DNA of 64,000 nucleotides from an uncultured Candidatus Binatia bacterium (lineage in GTDB: Bacteria; Desulfobacterota; Binatia; Bin18), in NCBI GenBank assembly GCA_965200965.1, contig OZ241744.1:32001-96000 (forward strand), given 5' to 3'. The notes beneath the pieces are model-generated. The model saw nothing but the letters and a program-made list of their open reading frames with translations, was not told the origin of the DNA and did not search any database. A program made the translations under genes and the position numbers. Positions 28,613-37,851 of the stretch are shown piece by piece (the stretch's first letter is position 1; the number at the start of each line of letters is the position of its first letter).

Positions 28613-30908
28613 TCCAGAGTATGCGAATACGCCGGCCTCAGACCAGCGTCCCGCCTATGGCTATGGTCCGGCCGACCCGACTGCCCCTCCCGCGGCGACC
28701 ATTGTGACGCCGTTTTACAACACCGGGCCGATTTTTCATGAAACCGCTCGCTCTGTCATGCGCCAGTCCTTCCAGCAGTGGGAATGGCTCATCGTCAATG
28801 ATGGTTCAACCCAGGCTGACGCCGTGGCCCTGCTCAACGAATACCGTGCTCGAGAGGCGCGTATTCGCGTGATTGACCACGGTTACAATCGCGGCTTGAG
28901 CGCCGCCCGTAATACCGGTTTTCAGGCGGCCCGGACCCCCTATGTCATTCAACTCGATAGCGATGACCTGTTGGAGCCAACCGCCATTGAGAAGTGCCTG
29001 TGGTTCCTGGAGTCCTATCCCGAGTACGCCTTTGCGAAGGGGTATACCGTCGGCTTTGAGGCACAGACCTATCTGTGGCAGCACGGTTTTCATAGTGGCC
29101 AGGCCTTTTTGCAAGAAAACAGGGTGGCGGCTAGCAGTGTGGTGCGGACAGCGGTCCACCGCGCGGTTGGCGGCTATGACAGAACATTTCAGAGCGGGTT
29201 TGAGGATTGGGATTTCTGGCTGCGATGTGCCAGCCAGGGCCATTGGGGGGGGACGCTGCCAGAGTATCTGGATTGGTACCGCCGCCGCGAGTCCCATCAG
29301 GACCGCTGGGCTGACTGGAACCAGCCCCAGCAGGTCAAGCGCCAGCTCCGACAGCGCTATCCCCGGCTGTGGGCCGGGCAGTTTCCGCACATCCAGCCGG
29401 AGTGGCATCGGGCCTATACGCGCGTACCGGACCACTTCCCGTGGGACAATCGTCTGGAGAAGGACAAGCCGCGCCTCCTGATGATCCTGCCCTGGCTTAC
29501 GGTTGGCGGGGCCGATAAGTTTAATCTCGATGCCCTCGAACTGTTGACCGGCCAGGGCTGGGAAGTGTCCATCGCCGCCACCCTGACCGGAGATTCGTCC
29601 TGGCTGCCAGAGTTTGCCCGTTTTACCCCCGATATTTTTGTCCTGCCCCATTTTTTGCGTCTGACGGACTATCCGCGTTTCCTGTGCGCCCTGATCCACT
29701 CTCGCCAGGTTGATGTCGTGATGATCTCGAACAGCGAATTTGCCTATCTCCTCTTACCCTATCTCCGCTCTCGGTGCCCCGGGGTCGCCTTTGTCGATTA
29801 CTGTCATATGGAGGAAGAAGCGTGGAAGAGCGGGGGCTACCCGCGTTTAGCCGTTGCCTATCAGGACATGCTTGATCTCAATATCGTTTCATCGCGGCAT
29901 CTTCGCCACTGGATGGAAAAACGCGGAGCCGATGCGGAGCGTATTCAGGTGTGTTATACCAATGTTGACGCGGAAAAATGGCGGCCGACAGCCGCGGCCA
30001 GTGGGCCGTCTGTCCGGCGCGCACTGGATATTGCCGACGATACGCCTCTCCTGCTGTACGCGGCGCGCATTTGTGAGCAAAAGCAGCCCCGCGTCTTTGC
30101 CCAGAGCCTGCTCCGCCTCCGCCAGACCACGACAGACTGGGCCGCGGTCGTGGCCGGTGACGGCCCAGAGGCTGGCTGGTTGGGCGGCTTTATCAAACGC
30201 CACCGGCTGGGCAGGCATGTCCGCTTGCTGGGTGCCGTCCCAAACGACTCCGTTCGTCAGATCATGGTCGAGGCCGACATTTTTTTCCTGCCTTCACAGT
30301 GGGAGGGGATCGCGCTGTCTGTCTATGAAGCGATGGCGTGTGGGCTGCCCATTGTTGGGGCCGATGTGGGCGGGCAGCGGGAACTCGTCACGCCGGAGTG
30401 TGGCGTCTTGATTGCCCGCGCGACCCCGGAGGCCGAAGCCGAGACCTACGCCGCCGCCCTCGCTGAGCTGATCGCCCAGCCCGCCCGTCGCCACCGCATG
30501 GGCCAGGCTGGCCGCCAGCGGGTACAGAGCGCGTTTCGCCTGGAAGACTTGGCTACGCGGCTGGCGCAGCTCTTTCGAGAAGCCCAACACCGGCATACGA
30601 CACAGCCACGTCCCATGCCCCATCCCAGTCTGGCCCGGATCTGCGCCGGCCAAGCGGTCGAGTATACCCGCTTGACGAGTGTGGCCGAGGAGTTGTGGCA
30701 GGAGCGTGGCCAGGCGAGGTCGGCCACCCCCGGCCTTTCGCCCCTTGGGAGCGTTGGGCTGCCGGGTGTGCCGTGGCGGACCCGGCTCTACTTTGCCCTC
30801 CGGCGTCTCTTGTTCCCGTCGTATCGGCTGGCCATGAACCACAGGTGGGGCGTGAGGCTCAAAGACACGCTGAAACGCTTTGTGCTGGGACCCGGCCACA
30901 CGGGCTAG
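28596..30908 (+). CDS. bifunctional glycosyltransferase GT2 + GT4
   Basis: IVNDGST, GLSAARN, LDSDD, EDWDFW; then GGADKFN, EQKQP, EGIALSVYEAMACGLP. Confidence 0.9.
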   Translation: MIDPTDPEYANTPASDQRPAYGYGPADPTAPPAATIVTPFYNTGPIFHETARSVMRQSFQQWEWLIVNDGSTQADAVALLNEYRAREARIRVIDHGYNRGLSAARNTGFQAARTPYVIQLDSDDLLEPTAIEKCLWFLESYPEYAFAKGYTVGFEAQTYLWQHGFHSGQAFLQENRVAASSVVRTAVHRAVGGYDRTFQSGFEDWDFWLRCASQGHWGGTLPEYLDWYRRRESHQDRWADWNQPQQVKRQLRQRYPRLWAGQFPHIQPEWHRAYTRVPDHFPWDNRLEKDKPRLLMILPWLTVGGADKFNLDALELLTGQGWEVSIAATLTGDSSWLPEFARFTPDIFVLPHFLRLTDYPRFLCALIHSRQVDVVMISNSEFAYLLLPYLRSRCPGVAFVDYCHMEEEAWKSGGYPRLAVAYQDMLDLNIVSSRHLRHWMEKRGADAERIQVCYTNVDAEKWRPTAAASGPSVRRALDIADDTPLLLYAARICEQKQPRVFAQSLLRLRQTTTDWAAVVAGDGPEAGWLGGFIKRHRLGRHVRLLGAVPNDSVRQIMVEADIFFLPSQWEGIALSVYEAMACGLPIVGADVGGQRELVTPECGVLIARATPEAEAETYAAALAELIAQPARRHRMGQAGRQRVQSAFRLEDLATRLAQLFREAQHRHTTQPRPMPHPSLARICAGQAVEYTRLTSVAEELWQERGQARSATPGLSPLGSVGLPGVPWRTRLYFALRRLLFPSYRLAMNHRWGVRLKDTLKRFVLGPGHTG

Positions 30909-30954
30909 AGCATGCCACTTGACAGCCTTGGGTTGCCGGTCCCCACAGATAGCC

Positions 30955-33466
30955 TCACTCAATGTAGCCCAGTTCCGAAGCGATGCCCCCAGAGATGGCA
31001 AAGACCCGCACTTCACCACCGCCGACAAAAGGCTCGGCTGGTAAGGATATACGAAAGCCTGAGGTGGCCAACGCTGGCTGGCCGAGCCACTCGGCAATAT
31101 CCGGGCGAGAGATGTTCGTTGGGCCGGCATGGTGAAATGCGCCGTTCAGAAAAATAAGAATGCGCTCGGCCACCCGCCCGTGCTTTTCGTCAACCGCCCA
31201 GCCCTTGAGCAAGACGGAGTGCTCAGAAAACCGAGGGGGCTCAAGGTAGCCTCGGAGTGCGTGGGGACGAATGGGAAAGGTTGTCCCGTCTGAGGCCACC
31301 ACTGCGGTCTGGGCCAAGCGGTAGTGGACTCTGGCGGGGCAGGCCAAGGCTGTCCGGCCGGCAGCCTCGGTGATAACACACACCTCAACCGTATTGCGGC
31401 CCGCCCGAAAAGCGGCTTCCGGGACAAGGGCCGACCAGCTCCCGGGCCGGCCGTACACTGGAACGCTCCACGGCTGCGTCGTCGCCTGGATCGTGCCATT
31501 GACCGCCACAGCAAGGGAGAAGGGCGAGTCGCCATTGAGCGGCGGAGAGACCCCGCCGGTGATATGAGCGGGCACGAAGTCGGATTGGGGGTCCACCGTG
31601 GCAAAGCGATCAGGCCGGTCAATCTCAATCTGGACCTTGGTGTGGACGCTGCCGAACTCTTCAAGCCGGTGGCCGAGGAGTTGTGGGGTGGGGCCGGGGG
31701 CAGGTGGAAAGGGCGTCTCAGAGCCAAACAGACGGTGCTGACGCTGGACTGCGCGCTCTCGGGCCTTGGCTAAGCCGTCGAAGGTCACGGTTCTGCCATG
31801 ATCTGCAAAAATCCGGCGTCTCCGCTCGGGGCACGGCCCCAAGGCCGAGCAGCCATCGGCTTCCCAGGGCAGTTCCACCCCGAGCATGGCGGCAAGGGTC
31901 GGCAGAATATCAATCGTTTCCAGCGGCCTGTCGTTGATGCGGCCTGTCCGTTGGAAGGGGGCTTTGATGAAGAGGGGGACGGGCATAATGTCTTGGAAGG
32001 TGGTCTGGACAGGGCGGCGGTTCCAGTCACCCGGTCGAAAACTGATTCCGTGGTCGGAGGTGATGACGAGCAGGGTTTGCTCATACAGGCCAGTTTGCTT
32101 GAGATGGGCCGTCAGTTCTCCCAGCCAGGTATCAACAAAGCCAACCTGGAGCAGATGACGATAGTAGACCCGGAGGACTCCCCAGGGGTCGTCAAGGTAG
32201 CGTTGGCCTATCAGGCCGGGGGTGCTGCCTTCCTGGCTATAGACCTTTCCGGACGGGAGGTAGTGATATGGGCCGTGGGGCAGGAGGAGATGAAGATAAT
32301 ACAGCCGCGGCTGGTCTGTCGCCCGAATGGCTTGGATGAAGTCCCACGCCTGCGAGCGGCGCTTGGAAAGAAGGGTTTGGCGCACCATCCTGTCAAAAAA
32401 TTGTGACTGGGCAGCGTGGCGGTTGGACGGCTCTTGGGCATTGACAAAGCCCATCCAATTCTGGGAAATCGCTGGAAGCGTGGCGCGGAGGTCCCGGGGC
32501 AGGAGCAGGTGGAGATAGACAACCGTCAGGTCAGACAGCAGGGCGGGGAGACGCTGCCATGCAGAGCCTCCGGCCTGCGGGCATATGTGGGCTGGACAGA
32601 GTTGGGTCAGGGTGCCAAACGCGTTGAGCTCATAGGGCCGGGCCAACAGCGTGAACATATTGTCGGGGTGGTCGGCGGCGTGGGGCAGGCGGCGTGCGGT
32701 GTCAGGGTACTTGCCGGTCAGGATGGCTGGAACCGATCGGACGGTTACGGAACTGACGGTGGTGGTATTCCGAAACCAGGTTGCGTGCTGGGCCAGGGCC
32801 GCAAAATTGGGATAGCGGACCGTGTCAATCTGCTGGTGTTCGTTGAGCAGGGAGACCAGAGGGAGTTCGTCCAGGATAATAAAAACAATGGGGGGTGGAG
32901 TGGGAAGAGGTACACGCTCAGCCGGCACGGGGGGGGGGGGCAGCCGGAACGACGCTCCGAAAGGCAGGCGAGGCAAACACAAACAGGCCCGGAAAAATCA
33001 GCACTGCCGGAGACAGCAGGCTGAAGAACTGCCGAACGGGCAGAAAAAAGACATAAGCCAGCGCGGCCACCCCTCCGCACAACAGCGCTCCGGCAGCGAG
33101 GAGCGTACCCGGCAGGGCGATGGGGTGCAGGGCAGGGAGCACTGTGGCCGCCACCCCCCCGGCAATAAGCGCGCTATGGACCCAGCGTCTCAGCCGGTGG
33201 CTGAGGAGACCGGTGATTCTCTCCACGCCTGTCAAACCGAGCGGGAGGAGCACGCAGAGTATGACGACCAGAGCGGCACTGTCTTGCCAGGTAGCGTGCC
33301 GGAAGACAAAAAACTCGGCTTGGCGCGCCAGCAACTCAAAGAGGGGCTGTGCAATGGCAAAGCCCACTATGACAAAAACGTGCAGGCTGGCCGCATAGGC
33401 CGTCTCTCTCTTCTGCACGGTTGCGGGTGGGTGGGATGGGTGGTGTTCAGGTTTTTGGCTGGCCAT
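30955..33466 (-). pseudogene. membrane-anchored alkaline-phosphatase-superfamily (sulfatase-like, LtaS/NoeB-like) transferase, copy 1; frameshifted at a G12 tract and possibly phase variable
   Basis: ORFs 32918-33628 and 30955-32982 together match the intact paralog; the frame breaks at G12 (32929-32940) and removing one G gives 836 aa; ILDEL, SVTVRSVP, HLLLPH and TSDHG motifs. Confidence 0.85.
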
Positions 33467-34922
33467 AGTAGAGGATGCGCGTACCTGAGGCCAAGGCTTG
33501 ACGCTCGCGGATAGCAAAAGCGGCGGATAAGCAGCGCTCAAAATACGCCGTCTCATAGTCCGCATGGTGGTCGTCTTTGCGGCGGAGCAAGGTCTGGACC
33601 ATAGGGTCCTCGCGGGTGATGAACTCAATGACCACCGCGGCCCCAGAGCCTGCCAGCCAGGCGATGCAGTCGGAGAGAGGAATATTGGCCCCGATCACCA
33701 GATGGTGAATGAGGGCCAGACCCAGGATGAGGTCGGGTCGGGCCCGACGGTCGAGGGCCTTGCGTTCTGTCCCCCGCCAGCCGAGGTTTGGTGCCGGATC
33801 GGCCAGATTGCTGACCAGGGGCAGAATCGTGGTTTCCCCGTCCGCCTTCAATTCCTGGTAGAGCCGTTCTATGACCAGGCTATCGACATCCAGGGCAACG
33901 ACTGTGGTAGCGTTTTGGGCTGCAATGCGTGAGAACGTGCCGGTGTTGCAGCCCAGATCCCAGACCATTGGCCAGGGCCGCGAGTGGATCACGCGGCGGA
34001 CAAAATCGGCTTTTCGGGTCTGCTCGCTCTCCGTGTACGGAAGTTGGTGGGTATACGCCGCCCATGTTGAGCGTGAGCGCTTCCAACTCAGACGCCGGAT
34101 CAGTTTTATCAAACGACCGACATTGGCTTGAATCACGGCCGTATGAAAGCCGGCCCGGCGCAGCTCGTGTTTGAGGTTCTGTTGACGACCGGGTTTGCCC
34201 GGACGCGCCGGCTGAGCAGAGTCGGCATACCGGGCTTGGGCTTTGGCCTGCAAATACACATGGCTGAACACGCCGGGCCGCAGCAGGTCACGCACCGACA
34301 TGAGCCCGTGACAGTCTTGGGCGGTAATGCCTTCAAGACTCCCGCGCAGCCAGGCGTGAAAGGGGAGGTCTTTATACGCCTGGAGGAGGAGCGGAAACAG
34401 AAATAATTGACAGAACTGCCGATAGCCCACCCAGGGTTCTCCAGGGCACAACCGGGTAAAAGAGGGGAGGTCGATAAAAAGCGGGCGGCTGCCGACCCAC
34501 TGGACATTGTAAGGCGAGGCGTCTTTGAGAATCATACCCTCGGCTAAGGCGTCACGCAGCAACTCCAACTGGAGCAAAGCGGCGTCCTTGAGCATACCAA
34601 ACGCCCATTCGTAGGGATAGGAAACAACCGGGAGCTTGGGGTGTTTGAGGGCAGCGACCCAGGGGCTTGCGGGAGACGGGCGTTCTGATGCGGCAAACTC
34701 AGGGCTGAGGTCCCGGAAATGGAGCGGATCAAGCTGCTCGGTCTGGACAATTTTCCCGGCGTTGTGCCAGCGCTGAAAAAAGGTGGTTCGGGTCAGCTGA
34801 TTCCAGTCGGCCAGGGCCGGCGCGGTCAGTGTTCGCACTACCGTGTCTGCCTGATAAAAAACGCGGCTCGTGCGGTCGCGGAACGAGCCGGGCTCAGACC
34901 TGATCTCATCAGAAAAAGACAT
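33447..34922 (-). CDS. NoeA-like protein: kinase-like N-terminal domain fused to a class I SAM methyltransferase
   Basis: GSFRD, VSYPYEW, LKDASPYNVQW..FID (kinase-like catalytic loop); VWDLGCNTGTFS, LALIHHL (methyltransferase). Confidence 0.8.
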   Translation of the reverse strand: MSFSDEIRSEPGSFRDRTSRVFYQADTVVRTLTAPALADWNQLTRTTFFQRWHNAGKIVQTEQLDPLHFRDLSPEFAASERPSPASPWVAALKHPKLPVVSYPYEWAFGMLKDAALLQLELLRDALAEGMILKDASPYNVQWVGSRPLFIDLPSFTRLCPGEPWVGYRQFCQLFLFPLLLQAYKDLPFHAWLRGSLEGITAQDCHGLMSVRDLLRPGVFSHVYLQAKAQARYADSAQPARPGKPGRQQNLKHELRRAGFHTAVIQANVGRLIKLIRRLSWKRSRSTWAAYTHQLPYTESEQTRKADFVRRVIHSRPWPMVWDLGCNTGTFSRIAAQNATTVVALDVDSLVIERLYQELKADGETTILPLVSNLADPAPNLGWRGTERKALDRRARPDLILGLALIHHLVIGANIPLSDCIAWLAGSGAAVVIEFITREDPMVQTLLRRKDDHHADYETAYFERCLSAAFAIRERQALASGTRILYYGQPKT

Positions 34923-34956
34923 GGGCCACGCCTGAGCCGAAGCGTAGACCGGGAGG

Positions 34957-35196
34957 CTATTCCCGCTCGCTCGCCTGAGCGTCTTCGCTCTTCGGGTCTT
35001 TCGTTTGGTCAACACCGAACACGCGCAGGAAACGCTGCCAGTACAGCTTGAGCAAAACGGCCAGACCAGCCATCCCGCCGAGCACGAGTTGCAGGAACAT
35101 GCTGCCGCTGCCCGGATCGAGATAGGCGTGGGCAGCGCGTGGAAAGCCACAGGTCATCCCTGTCAACACTGCAAGGAACAGCCCTCTTCTCTGCAT
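34957..35196 (-). CDS. small membrane protein with AYLDPGSGS motif (79 aa)
   Basis: GGAGGGG RBS; signal-like N-terminus ending AHA|Y, then LDPGSGS, one TM helix and a charged tail. Confidence 0.8.
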   Translation of the reverse strand: MQRRGLFLAVLTGMTCGFPRAAHAYLDPGSGSMFLQLVLGGMAGLAVLLKLYWQRFLRVFGVDQTKDPKSEDAQASERE

Positions 35197-35386
35197 AGTC
35201 CCCTCCTGATCGCAACTCGCCTGGTGCTGCATCCGTAGTTGTGCTGTGGGAGCGAATTGGCCTCAGCACCGACGGCTCTCTCTCCTATCACGGGCTGCCA
35301 AGATTGAAAAGAGGGAGATTGAGGGGCCGGGGCAGAGAGGAGAACCGCTGCGGGACTGTCCCGCTGCCGCCGGGTCTGGCATGGTA
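35154..35386 (+). repeat. about 230 bp direct repeat, copy 1 (leader region plus 5' end of the micropeptide gene)
   Basis: Closely matches 37584-37815 from TCATCCCTGTCAACAC to GGCATGGTA. Confidence 0.92.
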
Positions 35387-37531
35387 GCCTCGGAGTGCGT
35401 GGGGACGAATGGGAAAGGTTGTCCCGTCTGAGGCCACCACTGCGGTCTGGGCCAAGCGGTAGTGGACTCTGGCGGGGCAGGCCAAGGCTGTCTGGCCGGC
35501 AGCCTCGGTGATAACACACACCTCAACCGTATTGCGGCCCGCCCGAAAAGCGGCTTCCGGGACAAGGGCCGACCAGCTCCCGGGCCGGCCGTACACTGGA
35601 ACGCTCCACGGCTGCGTCGTCGCCTGGATCGTGCCATTGACCGCCACAGCAAGGGAGAAGGGCGAGTCGCCATTGAGCGGCGGAGAGACCCCGCCGGTGA
35701 TATGAGCGGGCACGAAGTCGGATTGGAGGTCCACCGTGGCAAAGCGATCAGGCCGGTCAATCTGAATCTGGACCTTGGTGTGGACGCTGCTGAACTCTTC
35801 AAGCCGGTGGCCGAGGAGTTGCGGGGCGGGGCCGGGGGCAGGTGGAAAGGGCGTCTCAGAGCCAAACAGACGGTGCTGGCGTTGGACTGCGCGCTCTCGG
35901 GCCTTGGCTAAGCCGTCGAAGGCCACGGTTCTGCCATGATCTGCAAAAATCCGGCGTCTCCGCTCGGGGCACGGCCCCAAGGCCGAGCAGCCCTCGGCTT
36001 CCCAGGGCAGTTCCACCCCGAGCATGGCGGCAAGGGTCGGCAGAATATCAATCGTTTCCAGCGGCCTGTCGTTGATGCGGCCTGTCCGTTGGAAGGGAGC
36101 TTTGATGAAGAGGGGGACGGGCATAATGTCTTGGAAGGTGGTCTGGACAGGGCGGCGGTGCCAGTCACCCGGTCGAAAACTGACCCCGTGGTCGGCGGTG
36201 ATGACGAGCAGGGTTTGCTCATACAGGCCAGTTTGCTTGAGATGGGCCGTCAGTTCTCCCAGCCAGGTATCAACAAAGCCAACCTGGAGCAGATGACGAT
36301 AGTAGACCCGGAGGACCCCCCAGGGGTCGTCAACACGGATCGTGGGCGTCATGTCGGGGCTGACCGCTTCTTGGGAATAGACCTTTCCGGACGGGAGGTA
36401 GTGATATGGGTCGTGGGGCAGGAGGAGATGAAGATAATACAGCCGCGGCTGGTCTGCCGCCTGAATGGCTTGGATGAAGTCCCGCGCCTGCGAGCGGCGG
36501 TCGGGCAGCAGATCTCCAGGTATCCCCGTCCGGGAAATCTTTGGAAGCGGGGCGCTGAGGTCCCGGGGCAGGAGTCTGTAGCAATACGCAAGGGCAAGGT
36601 CAGACAGCAGGGCGGGGAGACGCTGCCATGCAGAGCCCCCGGCCGGCGGGCATATGTGGGCTGGACAGAGATGGGTCAGGGTGCCGAACGCGGCGATCTC
36701 ATAGGGCCGGGCCAACAGCGTGAACACATTGTCGGGGTAGTCAGTGGCGTGGGGCCGGCGGTGGTCGTAGGCAGGGTACTTGCCGGTCAGGATGGCTGGA
36801 ACCGATCGGACGGTTACGGAACTGACGGTGGTGGTATTCCGAAACCAGGTTGCGTGCTGGGCCAGGGCTGCAAAATTGGGATAGCGGACCGTGTCAATCT
36901 GCTGGTGTTCGTTGAGCAGGGAGACCAGGGGGAGTTCGTCCAGGATAATAAAAACAATGGGGGGTGGAGTGGGAAGAGGTACACGCTCAGCCGGCACGGG
37001 AGGGGCAGCCGGAACGACGCTCCGAAAGGCGGGCGAGGCAAACACAAACAGGCCCGGAAAAATCAGCACTGCCGGAGACAGCAGGCTGAAGAACTGCCGA
37101 ACGGGCAGAAAAAAGACATAAGCCAGCGCGGCCACCCCTCCGCACAACAGCGCTCCGGCAGCGAGGAGCGTACCCGGCAGGGCGATGGGGTGCAGGGCAG
37201 GGAGCACTGTGGCCGCCACCCCCCCGGCAATAAGCGCGCTATGGACCCAGCGTCTCAGCCGGTGGCTGAGGAGACCGGTGATTCTCTCCACGCCTATCAA
37301 ACCGAGCGGGAGGAGCACGCAGAGTATGACGACCAGAGCGGCACTGTCTTGCCAGGTAGCATGCCGGAAGATAAGGAACTCGTCATGGCGCGCCATCATG
37401 TCAAAGAGGGGCTGTGCAATGGCAAAGCCCACTATGACAAAAACGTGCAGGCTGGCCGCATAGGCCGTCTCTCTCTCCTGCACGGTTGCGGGTGGGTGGG
37501 ATGGGTGGTGTTCAGGTTTTTGGCTGGCCAT
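35288..37531 (-). CDS. sulfatase-like (LtaS/NoeB-like) membrane transferase, copy 2; in frame but lacking the C-terminal domain of copy 1
   Basis: Near-identical to copy 1 up to HALRGY, then reads into the repeat; alternative GTG start at 37573. Confidence 0.85.
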   Translation of the reverse strand: MASQKPEHHPSHPPATVQERETAYAASLHVFVIVGFAIAQPLFDMMARHDEFLIFRHATWQDSAALVVILCVLLPLGLIGVERITGLLSHRLRRWVHSALIAGGVAATVLPALHPIALPGTLLAAGALLCGGVAALAYVFFLPVRQFFSLLSPAVLIFPGLFVFASPAFRSVVPAAPPVPAERVPLPTPPPIVFIILDELPLVSLLNEHQQIDTVRYPNFAALAQHATWFRNTTTVSSVTVRSVPAILTGKYPAYDHRRPHATDYPDNVFTLLARPYEIAAFGTLTHLCPAHICPPAGGSAWQRLPALLSDLALAYCYRLLPRDLSAPLPKISRTGIPGDLLPDRRSQARDFIQAIQAADQPRLYYLHLLLPHDPYHYLPSGKVYSQEAVSPDMTPTIRVDDPWGVLRVYYRHLLQVGFVDTWLGELTAHLKQTGLYEQTLLVITADHGVSFRPGDWHRRPVQTTFQDIMPVPLFIKAPFQRTGRINDRPLETIDILPTLAAMLGVELPWEAEGCSALGPCPERRRRIFADHGRTVAFDGLAKARERAVQRQHRLFGSETPFPPAPGPAPQLLGHRLEEFSSVHTKVQIQIDRPDRFATVDLQSDFVPAHITGGVSPPLNGDSPFSLAVAVNGTIQATTQPWSVPVYGRPGSWSALVPEAAFRAGRNTVEVCVITEAAGQTALACPARVHYRLAQTAVVASDGTTFPIRPHALRGYHARPGGSGTVPQRFSSLPRPLNLPLFNLGSP

Positions 37532-37583
37532 AGTAGAGGATGCGCGTACCTGAGGCCAAGGCTTGACGCTCACGGATAGTAAA

Positions 37584-37815
37584 TCATCCCTGTCAACACT
37601 GCAAGGAACAGCCCTCTTCTCTGCATGGTCCTCTCCTGATCGCGGCTCGCCTGGTGCTGCATCCGCAGTTGCGCTGTGGGAGCGAATGGGCCTCAGCGCC
37701 GGCGGCTCTCTCTCCCATCAGGGCTGCCAAGATTGAAAAGAGGGAGGTTGAGGGGCCGGGACAGAGAGGAGAGCCGCTGCGGGGCTATCCCGCTGCCGCC
37801 GGGTCTGGCATGGTA
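37584..37815 (+). repeat. about 230 bp direct repeat, copy 2; carries the 5' part of an 18-aa remnant of the micropeptide (37570-37626, - strand)
   Basis: Matches 35154-35386; remnant reads MQRRGLFLAVLTGMIYYP*. Confidence 0.9.
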
Positions 37816-37851
37816 TGGGACAGAACATCTTTCGTTCCTATCCGGCACCTG

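Noticed and set aside
30955-37531. Calling the duplicated enzymes true sulfatases
   Set aside because: They lack the C/S-x-P-x-R formylglycine motif; a Thr occupies the likely nucleophile position.
31245-37578. Transferase paralogs as a diversity-generating retroelement template/variable pair
   Set aside because: In the patch I compared, substitutions involve all four bases rather than adenines only, and no reverse transcriptase is in the window.
35936-37579. Long antisense ORFs (547 aa here; also 42963-44417, 23764-24906, 1208-2251)
   Set aside because: Shadow frames of real genes in high-GC DNA, with no motifs or ribosome-binding sites.
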